Source: the human T2T-CHM13v2.0 reference genome, Homo sapiens
Length of the DNA stretch: 64,000 bases
NCBI RefSeq assembly: GCF_009914755.1
Contig: NC_060940.1
Direction: 5' to 3' (one strand)
The notes below the pieces were generated by a model. The model did not search any database and was not told the origin of the DNA. It was given only the letters and a program-made list of their open reading frames with translations. Each line of letters starts with the position of its first letter. The first letter of the stretch is position 1. Shown piece after piece: positions 1 through 17,705 of the stretch. Position numbers and translations under genes: made by a program.

Positions 1-385
1 TTATTCAGCACTTCCCGCGTGTCTGACACACAGCACCCACAGCCTGGGGTATAAACACCAAAAACCACCCTCACAGGGGCGGAATGATGTTCATTCCCAT
101 TTTGCAGAAGGGAAAACTGAGGTTCAGAGAGGTTAAGCAGGTTTCCCCCAAAACACAAAGCTGGAATTGGTGCGTGCAGCCAGGATTTCTGACTCCAAAA
201 ACTCTCCTCTCCTCTCCCTACTTTCAATCTCCCCCATTTCTGATCCCCTCCCCTCCACTGCAACACATATATATTGAGTGCCTACTGTATGCGAAGAGCT
301 GGTGCAGGAGTTGAGAACACAGCAGTGAGCAACACTGCTGGAATCCGAGTCTTTATGAATCCTACAGGCAGCAGGAAAGAGGTCA

Positions 386-754
<369 letters not shown>

Positions 755-1084
755 CTATGGAGGAAAAGGAGAAGCTGCTGTGGTGAGCAGGAATACGAGA
801 TTCCATTTGCTGTGCATGCAGTGTGTCAGACACACGGGAAGTGTTGAATAAAGGGTGTAATCATGGAATCAAATGGATCCCTGATCATGGATCAAGAATC
901 ACAGACAGCTTCTATGGGGAAGAACATTCTGGAAGGAACAGCAAGCATGAAGGTCCCCAAATGGGACAGGACTGGATATGTTTGAGGAACTACCAGAAAG
1001 TCAGTATGGCAGTGACACAGTGACAAGAGAAAAGCAGGCAATGAGAGGAGAGCAGAGGTCCTACCAAGCTCGGCCCTCCCGACA

Positions 1085-1265
1085 ATTTGGGTTGGATCAC
1101 TGTTTGCTGTGGCGCTGTCCTGCACTCTGTAGAATAAGATGTTTAGTGGCACCCCTGGTCTGTACCCACTAAATGCCTATACAGCTCCCGCCCTGTCCTG
1201 CCAACCAAAAATGTCTCCAGACATTGCCAGATAATGCACCCCACATCCCTTCCGGGATAAACTGT
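1085..1265. mobile_element. MER20 (hAT-Charlie) fragment
   Basis: Characteristic ...CCAAAAATGTCTCCAGACATTGCCA... motif. Confidence 0.8.
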
Positions 1266-2659
1266 GAGACTCCACGGCGATGCTATTTCAGGGACAAAAA
1301 GAAGCCTGTGCTTATGGAACAGAAACTGGCCTTGCCACGACCTCATTAGTGGAGAGGATGGGCCCCACTCATTTGGGGGAATTATTTGGGGAAAAGTATA
1401 AACTCCCTAGCTCAGCAGACTGCGAGCTCCCCATGAAAGGCCATGTGTCCTGGTTCCTCACACGGGGCCTGAGATGCGAAAGCACAGAGGGTACCTGGGA
1501 GGGACTGAGAAAGGAGGGGACTGTGGGGTCCAGTGGGCACATCCCTATCACAATCAGCCTGTGCAGCTAGGAGGCTGCCACGCACATCGGCAGACTCTGG
1601 CTTTCAAAATGACCCTGGAGGAGCTGCGGCTCCTGCTGGCATGTCAATGTCAACAGCCTTTACCCTCCCCAGCTCCTGGAATGCTAGAATTTAGATTCTC
1701 AGTTCTGCGGGAGAGCAGGACAGATTTACGGAATTCTCAGCGGCTGCCTCCACCAGGGGTTGCCAGGGGCAAGCATCTGCACCGTGGTGAAACATCTCTT
1801 TGAACAAGGAAGTGAGAGTGAGCATGTGCATTAACTATCGGAGATGTGGGGGAGAGGAGGAAGCCATGCAAATGAGCACGGACAGCCAGCAGAGACGTTT
1901 AACCTTGGTGCTGCTAGAGTACCCACAAGTGCTAACGAGGTGGCTGGTGTTGCTTTAATAATCAAATAATAACCAGGCAATGGTTTAGATCCATTTTGGA
2001 CCCTTCACAATTCCCAGGACTACACTTAACAGTTTGGTAAGACTTTATGGATAGCTTGCAAGTTTGAAGGCGTAACTTTGTAAGCTCAGTTTTGACCCTG
2101 GAGGAAGGAGGTCATGAGTAAGATAGGGACACCAAAAAGAAGTCAGGTGGTATGCTTTTTCCATTGACTCACAGTCATTTCCAGGAGAAAAGAAAACATC
2201 ACTGTGCAAGGCTCTACTGACTCTCTTAATTTATCCTCACAACAGCCTCGTATAGTAAATATTATCCTATTTTACATGGGAGAAAAATGAAGTTTAGAAG
2301 CTTGGGAAATCTGGTCTTCATTATTTGGCTACTAACCCTTAGTTTCCATCACAATTCCCTCATTCTCTCAGCTCTAGTCTAGTCTGGATCCTTTTGCAGT
2401 CCTGCCCCAGGACCTTGGCACAGGTTGTTTCCTGTGCCTGGATTACTCTGACCTCCCTTCTTCACCTGGTTAACGCGACTTAACCTTCCCATTCCTGCTT
2501 GCTCATCTCCCAGAGCCTCCTCTGGGCTTTTTCCAGGCCAAACTACTCTAACAAAAGCTCTCTTAGCATCAAGACTGCTGCTTCTGCATCAGGACTCTTC
2601 AAAGTTACAATTTAACAAAGAAGCCGGCGTGTGCTAGTTCACCACCGTAGGCATATGCG

Positions 2660-3200
2660 TCAGATTCAAGATGGCTTCAAATTCTTTGACATGCCTTTAT
2701 CGAAAGGTAGTGTCTTATTCCCCTCCTCTTGAAGCCAAGATGGCCTTACTGACTCAGCTGACCAATTGAATGCAGTGAAAGTGATGTTCTGGGAATTCTA
2801 AGCCTCAATGATAACATACATACCTTTGCAGCTCCTGCTGGACCTCTTAGAATATTTACTCTGGGGAAACTCCCTCTTGGAACCCAGCCACCATGTGGCA
2901 AGAAGCCCAAGACACACAGGATAGACCATGTCTGATGCAGCCAACAGCTCCAGCTGAGCTCCCCCCAACAACCCTCACCAACTGCCAGGCACGTGCATGA
3001 GACACCTTGAGCAACCACCACAGCCAAACCTTCAGATGATCACAGCCCACTCCATATGTGTCAGTAACATATGCAGAAATCCAAGAAAGAACCATCCAGC
3101 CACGTCTAGTCAGCCCACAAAACCTTGAGAGATGATACTAAAGCACTGTTTTAGTCATTACGTTAGAGAACTATTTGTTACACAGCAGTAGATGATCAGA
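2660..3200. mobile_element. MLT1-family MaLR LTR
   Basis: Motifs such as GGAACCCAGCCACCATGT...AAGCCCAAG and CCAACAGCTCCAGCTGAG. Confidence 0.7.
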
Positions 3201-3570
3201 ACCCTGTAAGATCCAGCATAATGAACAGTTGTTCAGCTTGTACACACCTTAGGCAGCAGCTAGGACTAGATGCTTAATAAATATATTATTTATGGATTAG
3301 ACAAAGAATGTAGTGTGTGAAAAGATTAAGGTGGAGGCTGGATTTATACCCGTTTATATAACTCCAAGTTCCTCCTCTCTTTTCTTTTTAACCATAGCCT
3401 AATGCTCCCTTAAAAACAATAAAACCATTTTATTTCCAGCCTATCATATTTGATGCAGGTTTGGGAGGAAGAATACAATATTCAGACAGAGCCATGTCAC
3501 AACAAAATGGCAGCTTTGGTTGCTTGTCATGCCTGGAAAAAAGTTCAGAGTTAAAAAAAAAAGTAGCTTG

Positions 3571-4863
<1,293 letters not shown>

Positions 4864-6289
4864 GCAGGAACATTCCATGAGACAGGAGTTAGGAAACCAC
4901 TGGGTCACTCATAGCAAGGATAATTTCCCCTCACTGGCCCTCAAAGAACTATTTGTTGATAAATAATGAATCCAAAATCTATTGGAAGGAGAGTAATCCA
5001 CTCATTACTGTTAGTCCATTCAATAGGGCTCAATGACTGGGTGAAGTTTATTCAAAGCAGCAAAATATCATCTAATGGCTTGCTCTTTTGTCTTTGTAGG
5101 ATCAAGCCTTTCATCTTAGAAAGTGCTACCCACGTTATCCAAAACTAGCAAAAATAATTTAATTAATGTGTATATAAGCCACAAGTGCCCAAATTATAGC
5201 TTGTGCCCAAACCCTAGGTAATGCTAGAGTTATACACATAATTTTTTAATTTCGTATTTTCAAGAAATGATAGACCCTATAAATTATATTTTTAAATGAG
5301 CCAGGAAGTAATGGCTAATGTTAATTCTTAGGCAACAGAAACGTGCTACGCTAATTATTATTAGCAATAATGGCTCAATGGGTAAAGAACTTCTGAACTC
5401 ACAAAGCAATTTTTAAAAACTGTATTGCATTGTTTCATACCTAAAAGAGTCCCAGGGTTAGGTAATTTTTTTCATTTTATAGGTGAATAAAGGGAGACGC
5501 AGGGTAGGTACCTGCTCATAGTCATAGCTAAGTAGCCAGGACTCGGTTGCTATCCAAGGCTTCTTCTATCTGGAACACTTCAAGAGAACAAGGCAACTCC
5601 TCTCCAAATATAATTAATATGCAACCTCTCTTCCTATTATTCTTTGTGAAGTTTAGCACTATCCAAAAAAATGTACTAGGCTAATTATTCAGATTTTTTT
5701 TTGCGAAGGGTGCAAATGTTCTTTCTATTGAATGTGTGTGCATGTCATTTATTACACCATATTTTTAAAGGGAGACTAATGCCCAATAATGACCCCAGGG
5801 CTTAGCTTTGAAGAAAATTCCAACCAAAAACATCACCTTACTGTCTGAATCTGTCTCCATTTCAGCAACTGAATCTTTGTTGCTGGACTCAATAAAACAC
5901 ACTTCAGATTTCTAATGCTTGGATGGGAGATGAGTTGGTCCAAGCTAGATCCTCTTGTCTTTGGGCCCACACCAAACACCAAACACGAGTCAACCACTCT
6001 TGCACCACCACAGGTATGCATGTATTAATATCGGCTTCCCTTCTGCCACAGCTGTGACTTGTGTTGGGATTATTTCTACTCCGCCAGCTTGTTTACCTTA
6101 TTAGAGTAACCTTACAGCTCAATCATTAGGACTCCATGGAGAAGCCATGGAAAATCAAGACTCAGACATATATTTCGATCTTAGGAGAACATGCCTGTGC
6201 TTTGTCTGTCATTATTCTTTTTATGGGATTCTAAGGCAGTCTAAGATAGGAGAATCACTACAAGGCTCCTGAAAAATCCCTGCCAATTA

Positions 6290-6845
6290 AGGAGTGACAG
6301 ACTGCATTTTCCAAAGATGACCACAGCTATATTTCCTATCCCATATGCTCTTCTGCAAGGTGACTTTGCCACCCCCATCCCTTCAAGAGGTGGGACTTAT
6401 TTTTCCCGTCCTTAGAATCTGGACAGGCCCTGTGACTGCTTTGAGCAACAGAATATGGCAGGAGTGATGCTGTGCCAGTTTTAAGTGTAGCCCTTAACTT
6501 TATGGCAGCTTCCACCTTCCTGCCTGCTGGAGGCCAGCCACCACATCAGAAGTGACACTACCCTGAGGCCATCCAGCTGTGAGACAATCAAGCCACAGGA
6601 AGATGCTTGATGCTACCTGGAGAGAAACAGACAGAGGGGTCAAGGAGGAACAAAGCACCAGACAGACGGACGATAAAGTCTTAGAAGTGGATCCTCCAGC
6701 CCCAGTGGACAACACATGGAGCCGAGACAAACCTCCCAGCAGAGCCCTTCCTAAGGTCCTGATCCACAAAATTAGGAACAAAACAAAATTAATGTTTTAA
6801 GCCACTCAGTTTTCAGATAGTTTATTATGGAATACCAGAGAACTG
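6290..6845. mobile_element. MLT1-family MaLR LTR
   Basis: AACAGAATATGGCAGGAGTGATGCTGTGCCAG and TGTTTTAAGCCACT motifs. Confidence 0.7.
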
Positions 6846-6850
6846 TTAAC

Positions 6851-7821
<971 letters not shown>

Positions 7822-8598
7822 TCACAGATATTTTTTATTGAAACACAAGTTAGATCTTCCTTGGGGTCACTGCAAATAGTTGTATGATTTGTGTACCGCA
7901 AAGTGGCAAATAGGGGCTGAAATCCAACCAGTGCTTTGCTCACCACGCCCTGCATCGGTGAGCTCTGGTCTTCTGCTAAGAGGCTGACTTTTTTAGCCCT
8001 GCAAAGTCCCCGTACAGACTAGCAGTACGTCGAAGCACAGTCATCCAAATGTGGGACCTTCAATAACGATGACTTAAGAATTTGACGGAACAATGTGATT
8101 ATCGTTGCCAGAGGAGGTTTTTCTTCCCTGCTAATATCCTGGACACCTCGCTGGGCTTGCCAACTTTATCTGGTCCCTTCTTCCTCTGCCCCAAGATTCC
8201 ACCCTTAAACTGGAGTAGGTGCTTTCACTGCCCAGTGGGGCCGCCCTTCTCGGCAGGCCTCCCCAGCAGCGCCTGATGTTTCATCTCATGTGAAATTGCC
8301 CCAAAACACAGGATCAGCTCTGCACTGGGCCATCACTGCCACTCCTCAGGGGCAGCTGAGTCTCCTCCCTGTGGCCTTCCAACAATGGCTGGCAGTAAGG
8401 CTCATTCAGAACCCATTAAGGCGATTGTTTTTTCCTCAAGGGCACTTCCTTGAGGGCTGAATACCAATCAGCCTGCGATACAAAGGAGGGGCCCCCTGTC
8501 ATCCTTGGGACTGTGCAGTGGCTCTGTGGGGACAATCCCACGTGCTGTCCTCCCTACAACCTCACTCCCCTGGGCTTTTGTGCAGGAGTCAATATTGA

Positions 8599-8890
<292 letters not shown>

Positions 8891-9594
8891 GTTATTTCAT
8901 GAGATGACTACAGGCTCATCATGCCACAGCAGTGGTGACCCAGGAGCAATTCTCATAGTATAAGCAAGTCCTATAGCAAAATCCATGGGAACCTATAGGA
9001 CCGTGGCCAAAGTCATCTCTGCCTCCCAAGAAGGGGCAGGAAGTCCTATTGGCCTCATCTAACCATTTATGCCTGTTCTTACAAGCTCTCAATCTGTCCA
9101 TCCAACCCAGGAGACACTCGGTCATCATCCACCCTTTACTTCTTCTGAAAAGCTGATGCAAATAACTTGGGCTTTAAAACCCAAAAAGATCTGTGTCCCA
9201 ATCCAGACTCTGCCACTTCTTAGCTGTGTGATGTTAAGTGACTGTCTAAACTTCTCTACTTCCTCACCTGTCAAATGAAAGCAAGGACACCTTCTAGCAA
9301 ACCTGAGAGAACTGAACAAGATAAGGCCAAGTAGGCTACAAATGGCACCCACAAGTTATTCCATTCGGTTCATGAACAAACCTTTCATTACAAATTCCAA
9401 TACTTATGTATTTATGCTGATGTATGAGAAGACGATAGGCTTCATGAAGACCATGATTTTATGGACATTATAGCTTAGGTTGAGCTAAGTAAAAAGTGAG
9501 TGGATGCAAAGAAAAATATGAAGTAAATAAACCATGACCGGGGAGTGTTATGTGGATGCTGTAGAAACACCAAGAAAATAAGATAGGTGGACAC

Positions 9595-9944
<350 letters not shown>

Positions 9945-10689
9945 TCACCACCACCTGGCACATTTTAGGTGCTGAATCAGCATCTGTTTCCCTCTCCTGT
10001 AACCTCCTGTGGCATCAGCCTCCACCCTTGAACTTGGCTCCAGCCTCATTAGGGTTTGGCCAAGCCTTAGAAGTTGGAGGTGGACTCCCTGCAGTCTTGG
10101 GGACGGTTCCCAACACCAGGGTGGTAAGGAGGAATGGTCTTTAGCTTTGCAGGTCATGATTTCCCTTGAAGCACCTCGTAAACAGCAGGGCTGGCCCACC
10201 TCAATAAAATTTTACTCAGCGCTTGCAATTCCCCCAACTTCCTTCCGTAGCCAGATGCTGCCCTTTGCTGTGTGCTTAACTCCCCACTGACAACTGATGG
10301 CATTTAGATGCATTGTAGGGTGAGACCCAGAAGGCTGCTCATTAACATCGTCTATATATTTTAAGAGCCAAGAAACCATTTTTCTTGGACCTACCAATTA
10401 TATAGGACACCATGCAGCTCCCTTCCAAATGTCGACCCACTCTAGATAGTTGAGGCTAAATCAACCAAGAAGGTGTATTAGCTTTCACCAGACCCATGGA
10501 CAAATAATTCTTCTTACACTTCTAGGTAGCAATGTAACATTTTGCTTCCCAGAAACCAAAGCTCACATTTAAACACATGGCACCCAAGCCCATATTTCAG
10601 GAAAGGCCCTTTGTTAATTGTTCATAGGAAAGTAATCCAATAGGGTCTCCAACTTCCTGCTGCTGTTCATTCCACCTGCTGCTACACCT

Positions 10690-11280
10690 GGGCTTATTTA
10701 TTCCACCCTGAATGGTTTTCTTTCCCCCAGCACACAGCCAGGCTGGTTCCTGCCTCCGTGCCTTGCCCAGGCTGTTCCCTGAGTCCTGAATGCCCTTCCT
10801 GCTCCTTCCTGCCTACCAAATACCTTAAATACATCCTTCAAACTCAGCTCAGATGGCGCTCCCTCCAAGAAGCCACCTGTAACTTCCAGAAAGTTAATGT
10901 CCCGCCACCCTGTGCCACTTCCTACCTCGTTTAGCACGTCATGTGGTACCATGACCACTTCCATGTCTATACGTGTATTTTGCCACGAGATCTGTTCCCA
11001 ATGTTTTGTAAGGAACAAAGTAAGTGAGCAATGCATGTCTGGAGAATGAATAAATTCAGGAATCCCATTAATGACAGTATCTATCTGTTTAACAAATATT
11101 CATGGAGCACATACTAAGTGCTAGGGACTGAGGATACCACATTAAAGAAGAAGAAAGGACAGATTCCTGTCCTCATGGGGTTTATGTTCTAGATACGGGG
11201 AGAAAAAGTTACATACAAATAAACAAGATTATTTTAGATAGTGATAAATTTATGACAACAATAAAACAAGGCAATAGCAT
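10690..11280. mobile_element. L2 fragments
   Basis: CTTGCCCAGGCTGTTCCCT...GAATGCCCTTCC and AACAAATATTCATGGAGCACATACTAAGTGCTAGG L2-type motifs. Confidence 0.6.
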
Positions 11281-11282
11281 TA

Positions 11283-11575
<293 letters not shown>

Positions 11576-11596
11576 AAACAAGGCAATAGCATAGAG

Positions 11597-11812
11597 CAGA
11601 GATTAGCAAACTTTGACCAGTGAGTCAGATCCAGTCTACCACCTGTTTCTGTAAATAAAGTTTTATTGACACATAGACACGCCCACTAAGTTATTGCCTC
11701 TGACTGCTTTTGCCCAACAATGGCAGAGCTGAGTAGGTTTAACAGAGACCCTATGGCCCATAAGCCTACAATATTTCCTGTCTGGCCCTTTACAGAAAAC
11801 ATTCACAGACCT
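11597..11812. mobile_element. MER58A-like hAT element
   Basis: TGTAAATAAAGTTTTATTG...CTGGCCCTTTACAGAAAA. Confidence 0.8.
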
Positions 11813-12299
11813 CTCATATGACTAAGGAGAGAGGAAAAACTTTAAGTAGGGTGAAAAGGGAAGGCCACTGTAAAAAGATGACATTTGAGTGAAGACCAGA
11901 ATACTAAGAAGGTGTCAGCCATGCAAAAATATAGGGTAAAGCATCCCAGATAGAAGAAGGAACAAGTGCAAGGGCCCTGAGGCAGGATAGAGACAGAGAA
12001 AGGAGAGTGTGGCTTGGGAGTAATTAGGTGGTGAATGATACAAAATCAGGCATCATGGTAGGCAGAGCCCATGTGATGGGGAATCTCACAAGCTGTGGAA
12101 AGGGCTTCCTGCTAACACTCATGAATAATTCTGAAAGGCAGCGAAGGTATCTGGGATTTGGGCAGCAAGTGGTGAAATCGTGTCCACGGAAGAGAAGGGA
12201 CGATAGCACCACCATCATGAATGAGGAAGTCTAAAATGTTGACGCTTGGCTCAAGACTTCTTTGCCACCACGAACAACATCTCCAAGTCAAGCTCTGCC

Positions 12300-12588
12300 T
12301 TTTGTTGTTGTTTGGTTTTTCTGAGACAGAGTCTGGCTCTGCCACCTAGGCTGGTGTGCAGTGGTGCGATCTCGCCTCACGGCAGCCTCCCAGGCTTAAG
12401 CAATCTTCCCACCTCAGCCTCCTGAGTAGCTGGGACTACAAGTGTGCACCGCCGCACCTGGCTGATTTCTTATTTTTTGTAGAGACAGACCCTCACTGTG
12501 TTCTCCTTGCTGGTCTCAAACTCAAGTGATCCTCCCATCTTGGCCTCCCAAAGCGCTGGGATTACAGGCGTGAACCATCACTCCCAGC
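12300..12588 (-). mobile_element. Alu (J-type)
   Basis: Reverse Alu consensus. Confidence 0.9.
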
Positions 12589-12995
12589 TTCAAGTTCTGC
12601 TTTTCAAATGCGTCACCCCACATCCCCAACACAAGGTTGCCCAAATGTGCACAGAAGATGCTTCTACAACAGCTGAATCAGCATCCACATGTATCCTACC
12701 CACACTCTTTTTTGTATTTAAAAGACTCACTGTTTCTTCTCTTACATTCGTGTTTTAAAAGGAACCATTAGTTCACTTTAAAATCACAGGTTTAATAAGC
12801 CAGCTACATACATTTCACTTAAATACAAAAAGGTTTTTTTTTTTTTAAAACGTTCACCTGTCTACCACCTCAAATCATCTCAGCCACACTCTGGGAAACA
12901 ATTGTTTAGAGTTCAAACCTATAGGAACCTCATTAATTTCAATCCACACCTAACTTCTGACAGTACTACCGGAGAGGCGGGGGTTTGGAGGACCT

Positions 12996-13267
12996 TTTTA
13001 TTTTTTATTTTTTTGAGACAGCGTCTCACTCTGTCGCCCAGGCTGAAGTGCAGTGGTGTGATTTCGGCTCACTGCAACCTCTGCCTCCCAGGTTCAAGCG
13101 ATTCTCACCCTCCTGAGTAGCTGGGATTACAGGCACACACCATCACGCACAGCTAGTTTTTGTATTTTTACTAGAGCCAGAGGTTCGCCATGTTGGCCAG
13201 GCTGGTCTTGAACTCCTGGCCTCAGATGATCTGCCCGCCTCAGCCTCCCAAAGTGCTGGGATTAAAG
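12996..13267 (-). mobile_element. Alu
   Basis: Reverse Alu consensus. Confidence 0.93.
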
Positions 13268-14527
13268 GCATGAGCCACTGCACCAGGACTGGAGTAGCTT
13301 TTGACCAGGACAGTGAGGACAGAGGACAGCTTGAGGGTGCAGCACAAGCTCTGGCGGCAGAGCTTACACCTGACCCTGTCACTTTCCAGCTGTGTGCTCT
13401 TGACCATGTTAAATCTGAGAGCCTCAGACTCCTGTCTATAAAATGAGCCAGGCTGAGGGGCTGTTGAGAGAATTAAGAGATGCACCTGACTTGGCCCAGG
13501 ACCTGACCCATGCTAGATGCTCAATAAATGGTCACAGCTCTGATTACAAATGCATAATTATTTACAGTCATAATGATGATCATCAAAAGTCCTTTGGTCT
13601 CTCCAAAAGTGCTAAAAGCATCTCTTGTCATCAATGTGTCTGAGCTTTTGAGACATCTGTAGCCGCAGCCCACTCACCAACTGACATCCCCTTGCCGCCA
13701 GGGGTTTCGGGAAGCTTTCGGCCGTGTGGTAGTTTTCCACTGGGTTCACCAAACTAGGTCTCTTTTTTCTTGCTTTCCTTTTATTTTTTGTTTCCAAAAG
13801 GTTCCTGATTAACAATCTTTCAGAGAGGGAGGAGGAAAGAAATTACAGCAAATGTTCCTTTACTCTGGTCCCTGCTGGGCTGGGAGGCTGCTATTTCAGA
13901 CTCAATCAGCTACCTGCAGGGTCAATGGATGAAATGCCTCCCCATAGGGATCAGGAGGATGCAGGGCCATTGGGAAGCTTCCACAGGGACCTGTGGCCTA
14001 AAAACCCCAACTGCTCAAAAGACTCAGGGACCTCAAACCTAAAGGGGATGGGAGCCCAATTTCTTTAAGAAGCACCCGTCTTTGAAAAGCAGCATTTCTC
14101 ACTCTACCTCTGCAGGGGGAAAGGAGCAACATACATCCCCTGAAAGTAATTACCTTCAAGTTGTGAGGATCAAACGCCATCCTTAACTGGAGATAATCCG
14201 AAATTCACTTTGAAACCCCCTCTGTCCAAGCAGGCTTAAGTCTCTAACTGCTTAATTCAAGAAATCATTAAAAATGGTCTTTCTTTCCTTGCCACAAACA
14301 GAGTAAGGTAAGAGAAAGACAGCCAAGAAACCTGTTGAACTGCTGATGAGAAATGCGACAGCAATAAAATCACTGGCCCAAAATAATTCTGCCGCAGGTT
14401 AACTCAACGGCAAGTATGTTGCTCTCACCTCCAAGGATGGCGAATTCTTAAGTTCTTTTGTTCCAATCACCATCTTCCAGAAATGGCTACATTAAGTTGT
14501 AGGGCCTCATGTCAAACAAAAGTGGCA

Positions 14528-15492
<965 letters not shown>

Positions 15493-16037
15493 GTGCCTTG
15501 TTCAAAAATTATAAATTTCAAGATGGCGGCAGCAGAACATTAAACCAAGTGCAGGCCCATTCCTGGAGGGGCCCCCAGTCTTGCCTGCTTCCCTTTCCAG
15601 GGTGCCTCTCATGGCTCCTCTCCCTGTATTTTCCCAACCTAACCAGACCCTATGATCTGACAAAGGAATTCTTTTTTTCCCCACCCTAATTTGTGAATGT
15701 TTACATATGGTCTTCCAGATTCACAATCCATGAACCCCCTTGCTTGCAAAAAATAAAATGACATAAAAACAGAGCTAACCAGCCACCTCAGGGATCCTCA
15801 AAACCTTTTAGTTTGTAGACCAGAACCTGAAGCCTGAGCTTCTTTTAATTTTCATTATCTCATTCTAAGAGATAGTATCTAAAGTAAACTGGGGCTGAAC
15901 AGCACTCATAACTTAGCTGAAAAAAGAAATGTAGAATGACCCAAAATGTATAATAAATGCAAAATGAGAAAAGCTAAACATGAAAAAGCTAGTAATTTAA
16001 AATATGTATAAGTAAATAAAAATAAAACCATCTCCAG

Positions 16038-16262
16038 AGCAGAGGTGGGCAAGCATTTTCTGTAAAGATCCAGGAATACACATTTTTGGCTCTGCAGCCC
16101 ATAAAGTCTCTGTGGCAGCTACTCAGCTCTGCAGTGGAATGCTGAGTAGCCACAAAAAACAACACATACACGAGTGGGCGTGGCTGTGTTCCAATAAAGC
16201 TTTATTTATATAAACACTGAGCTGACTGGATGTGTCCTTCAAGGCCTTATTTTGCTGACCTA
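16038..16262. mobile_element. MER58A-like
   Basis: GGCTGTGTTCCAATAAAGCTTTATTTA core. Confidence 0.8.
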
Positions 16263-16271
16263 TGGCTTAGA

Positions 16272-16433
16272 GCGGCGCTTCTCAAACTTCACGTGCACAT
16301 CTATCGCCTGGGAATCTTGTGAAAATGCAAATTCTGACTCAGAAGGTCGGGAGTGGGGCTTGAGATTCTGCATTCCTAACAAGTCCCCAGGGGATGCTGA
16401 GGCTGCGTGTCCAAGGACCCCACTTTGAGAAGC
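16272..16433. mobile_element. MER5A
   Basis: TTCTCAAACTT...AAAATGCAAATTCTG...ATTCTGCATTCCTAACAAG...CACTTTGAGAA. Confidence 0.85.
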
Positions 16434-17107
16434 AAAAGAGCACCCCCAGAAAAGAAAAGAAGGAAAACCTACTAAAGAACCCAAATTTAAGAAGCACTTA
16501 GCAGAACACAGTATAGAAAAGTAATTTATTTTCTCATCACCAAGGAACAGAGTTATGCAATTTAAGTGTATCTTCAGAAGGGGAATACCATGTCATTGGT
16601 GATCAAGGATGGAGTTAACTATCATTATCAGAAAGCAAAATGCTACACCGTTTTTAACCACCGCTGTGCATTTTCTGGTGGCAGTTAACACGGACATATA
16701 GCGATCAATGCAGGTAAACGAATCCATTCGAAGGCAGGCCATGGATGGTAAATCACGTTGTCCAATAAAGTTGCTAAATTAGCAACAGCGTGACACAGAG
16801 CATTTTTTATAAAAGCGAATCCTTTTTGGAAGGAGATGGACTGCAGGGGTGTGTGGCTAGCAAGACTGGAGGGTGGAAGGGAGAAGCAGCCATGGCTGCG
16901 GATCCTTCTGGGGTCTGGAAGCTCTGAATTTTGCTGGGGGATATAATGTGAAACCGGTGTGGAGGCTTTTCCTGTGTGTTATCAAGGCCCCAGTGAGGGT
17001 CTGTTGCCCACAGGCAGATACCAATGGTTGTATTTCACACACAGCGGTATTTAATAAACCTCTTCACCATCCAGTTTATAAGAAGATAAAAAAAAAATGG
17101 CTGGTTC

Positions 17108-17705
17108 CACTCAAACACTGCTGGCAGGAATGCAGAATGGCACAGCCACTTTGGAAGACACTTCAACGATTTCTTAAAAAGTTAAATATAAATTTGCCAT
17201 GTGACCCAGGAATCCTGCTCCCAGGAATCTACCCAAGAGAAATGAAAACATATGTCCACACCCAGACTTCTATGCAAATGCTCATAGCAGCGTTATTCAC
17301 AACAGCCCCAAAAGCAGAAAAAACCCAGTGTCCATCAGCCAGTGAATTAGTAAATAACATGCCGTATATCCTTACAGTGGAATACTATTCAGCAATATAC
17401 GACTACACATATAGACCTCAAAAACATCACGTGATAGCCAGTGCAAAAACCACATACTGCATGCTTCCATTTATATAAAATATCCAGAATAGGCAGATCT
17501 ATAGAGACAGCAGATTAGCGGGTGCCTGGAAATGGACTCCGATTGGCATAAGGAGTCTTATCAGGGTTATGAAAATGTCCTAAAACTAGATTATGGTGTT
17601 GGTTGCACAGCTCAGTAAGTTTACTAAAAATTATTGCATAGAACCCTTGAAATGTGTAAATTTTACAGTATGTAAATCACATCTCAATAAAGTTGTTTAA
17701 AAAAA
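17108..17705 (+). mobile_element. Old L1 (L1M) 3' end
   Basis: Degenerate ORF2 C-terminus (QPLWK...LPCDPGILLPGIYPREMKTYVH) then a 3'UTR ending CTCAATAAAGTTGTTTAAAAAA. Confidence 0.9.

Noticed and set aside
16873-17478. 201-aa ORF
   Set aside because: The C-terminal part is degenerate L1 ORF2; not a host gene.
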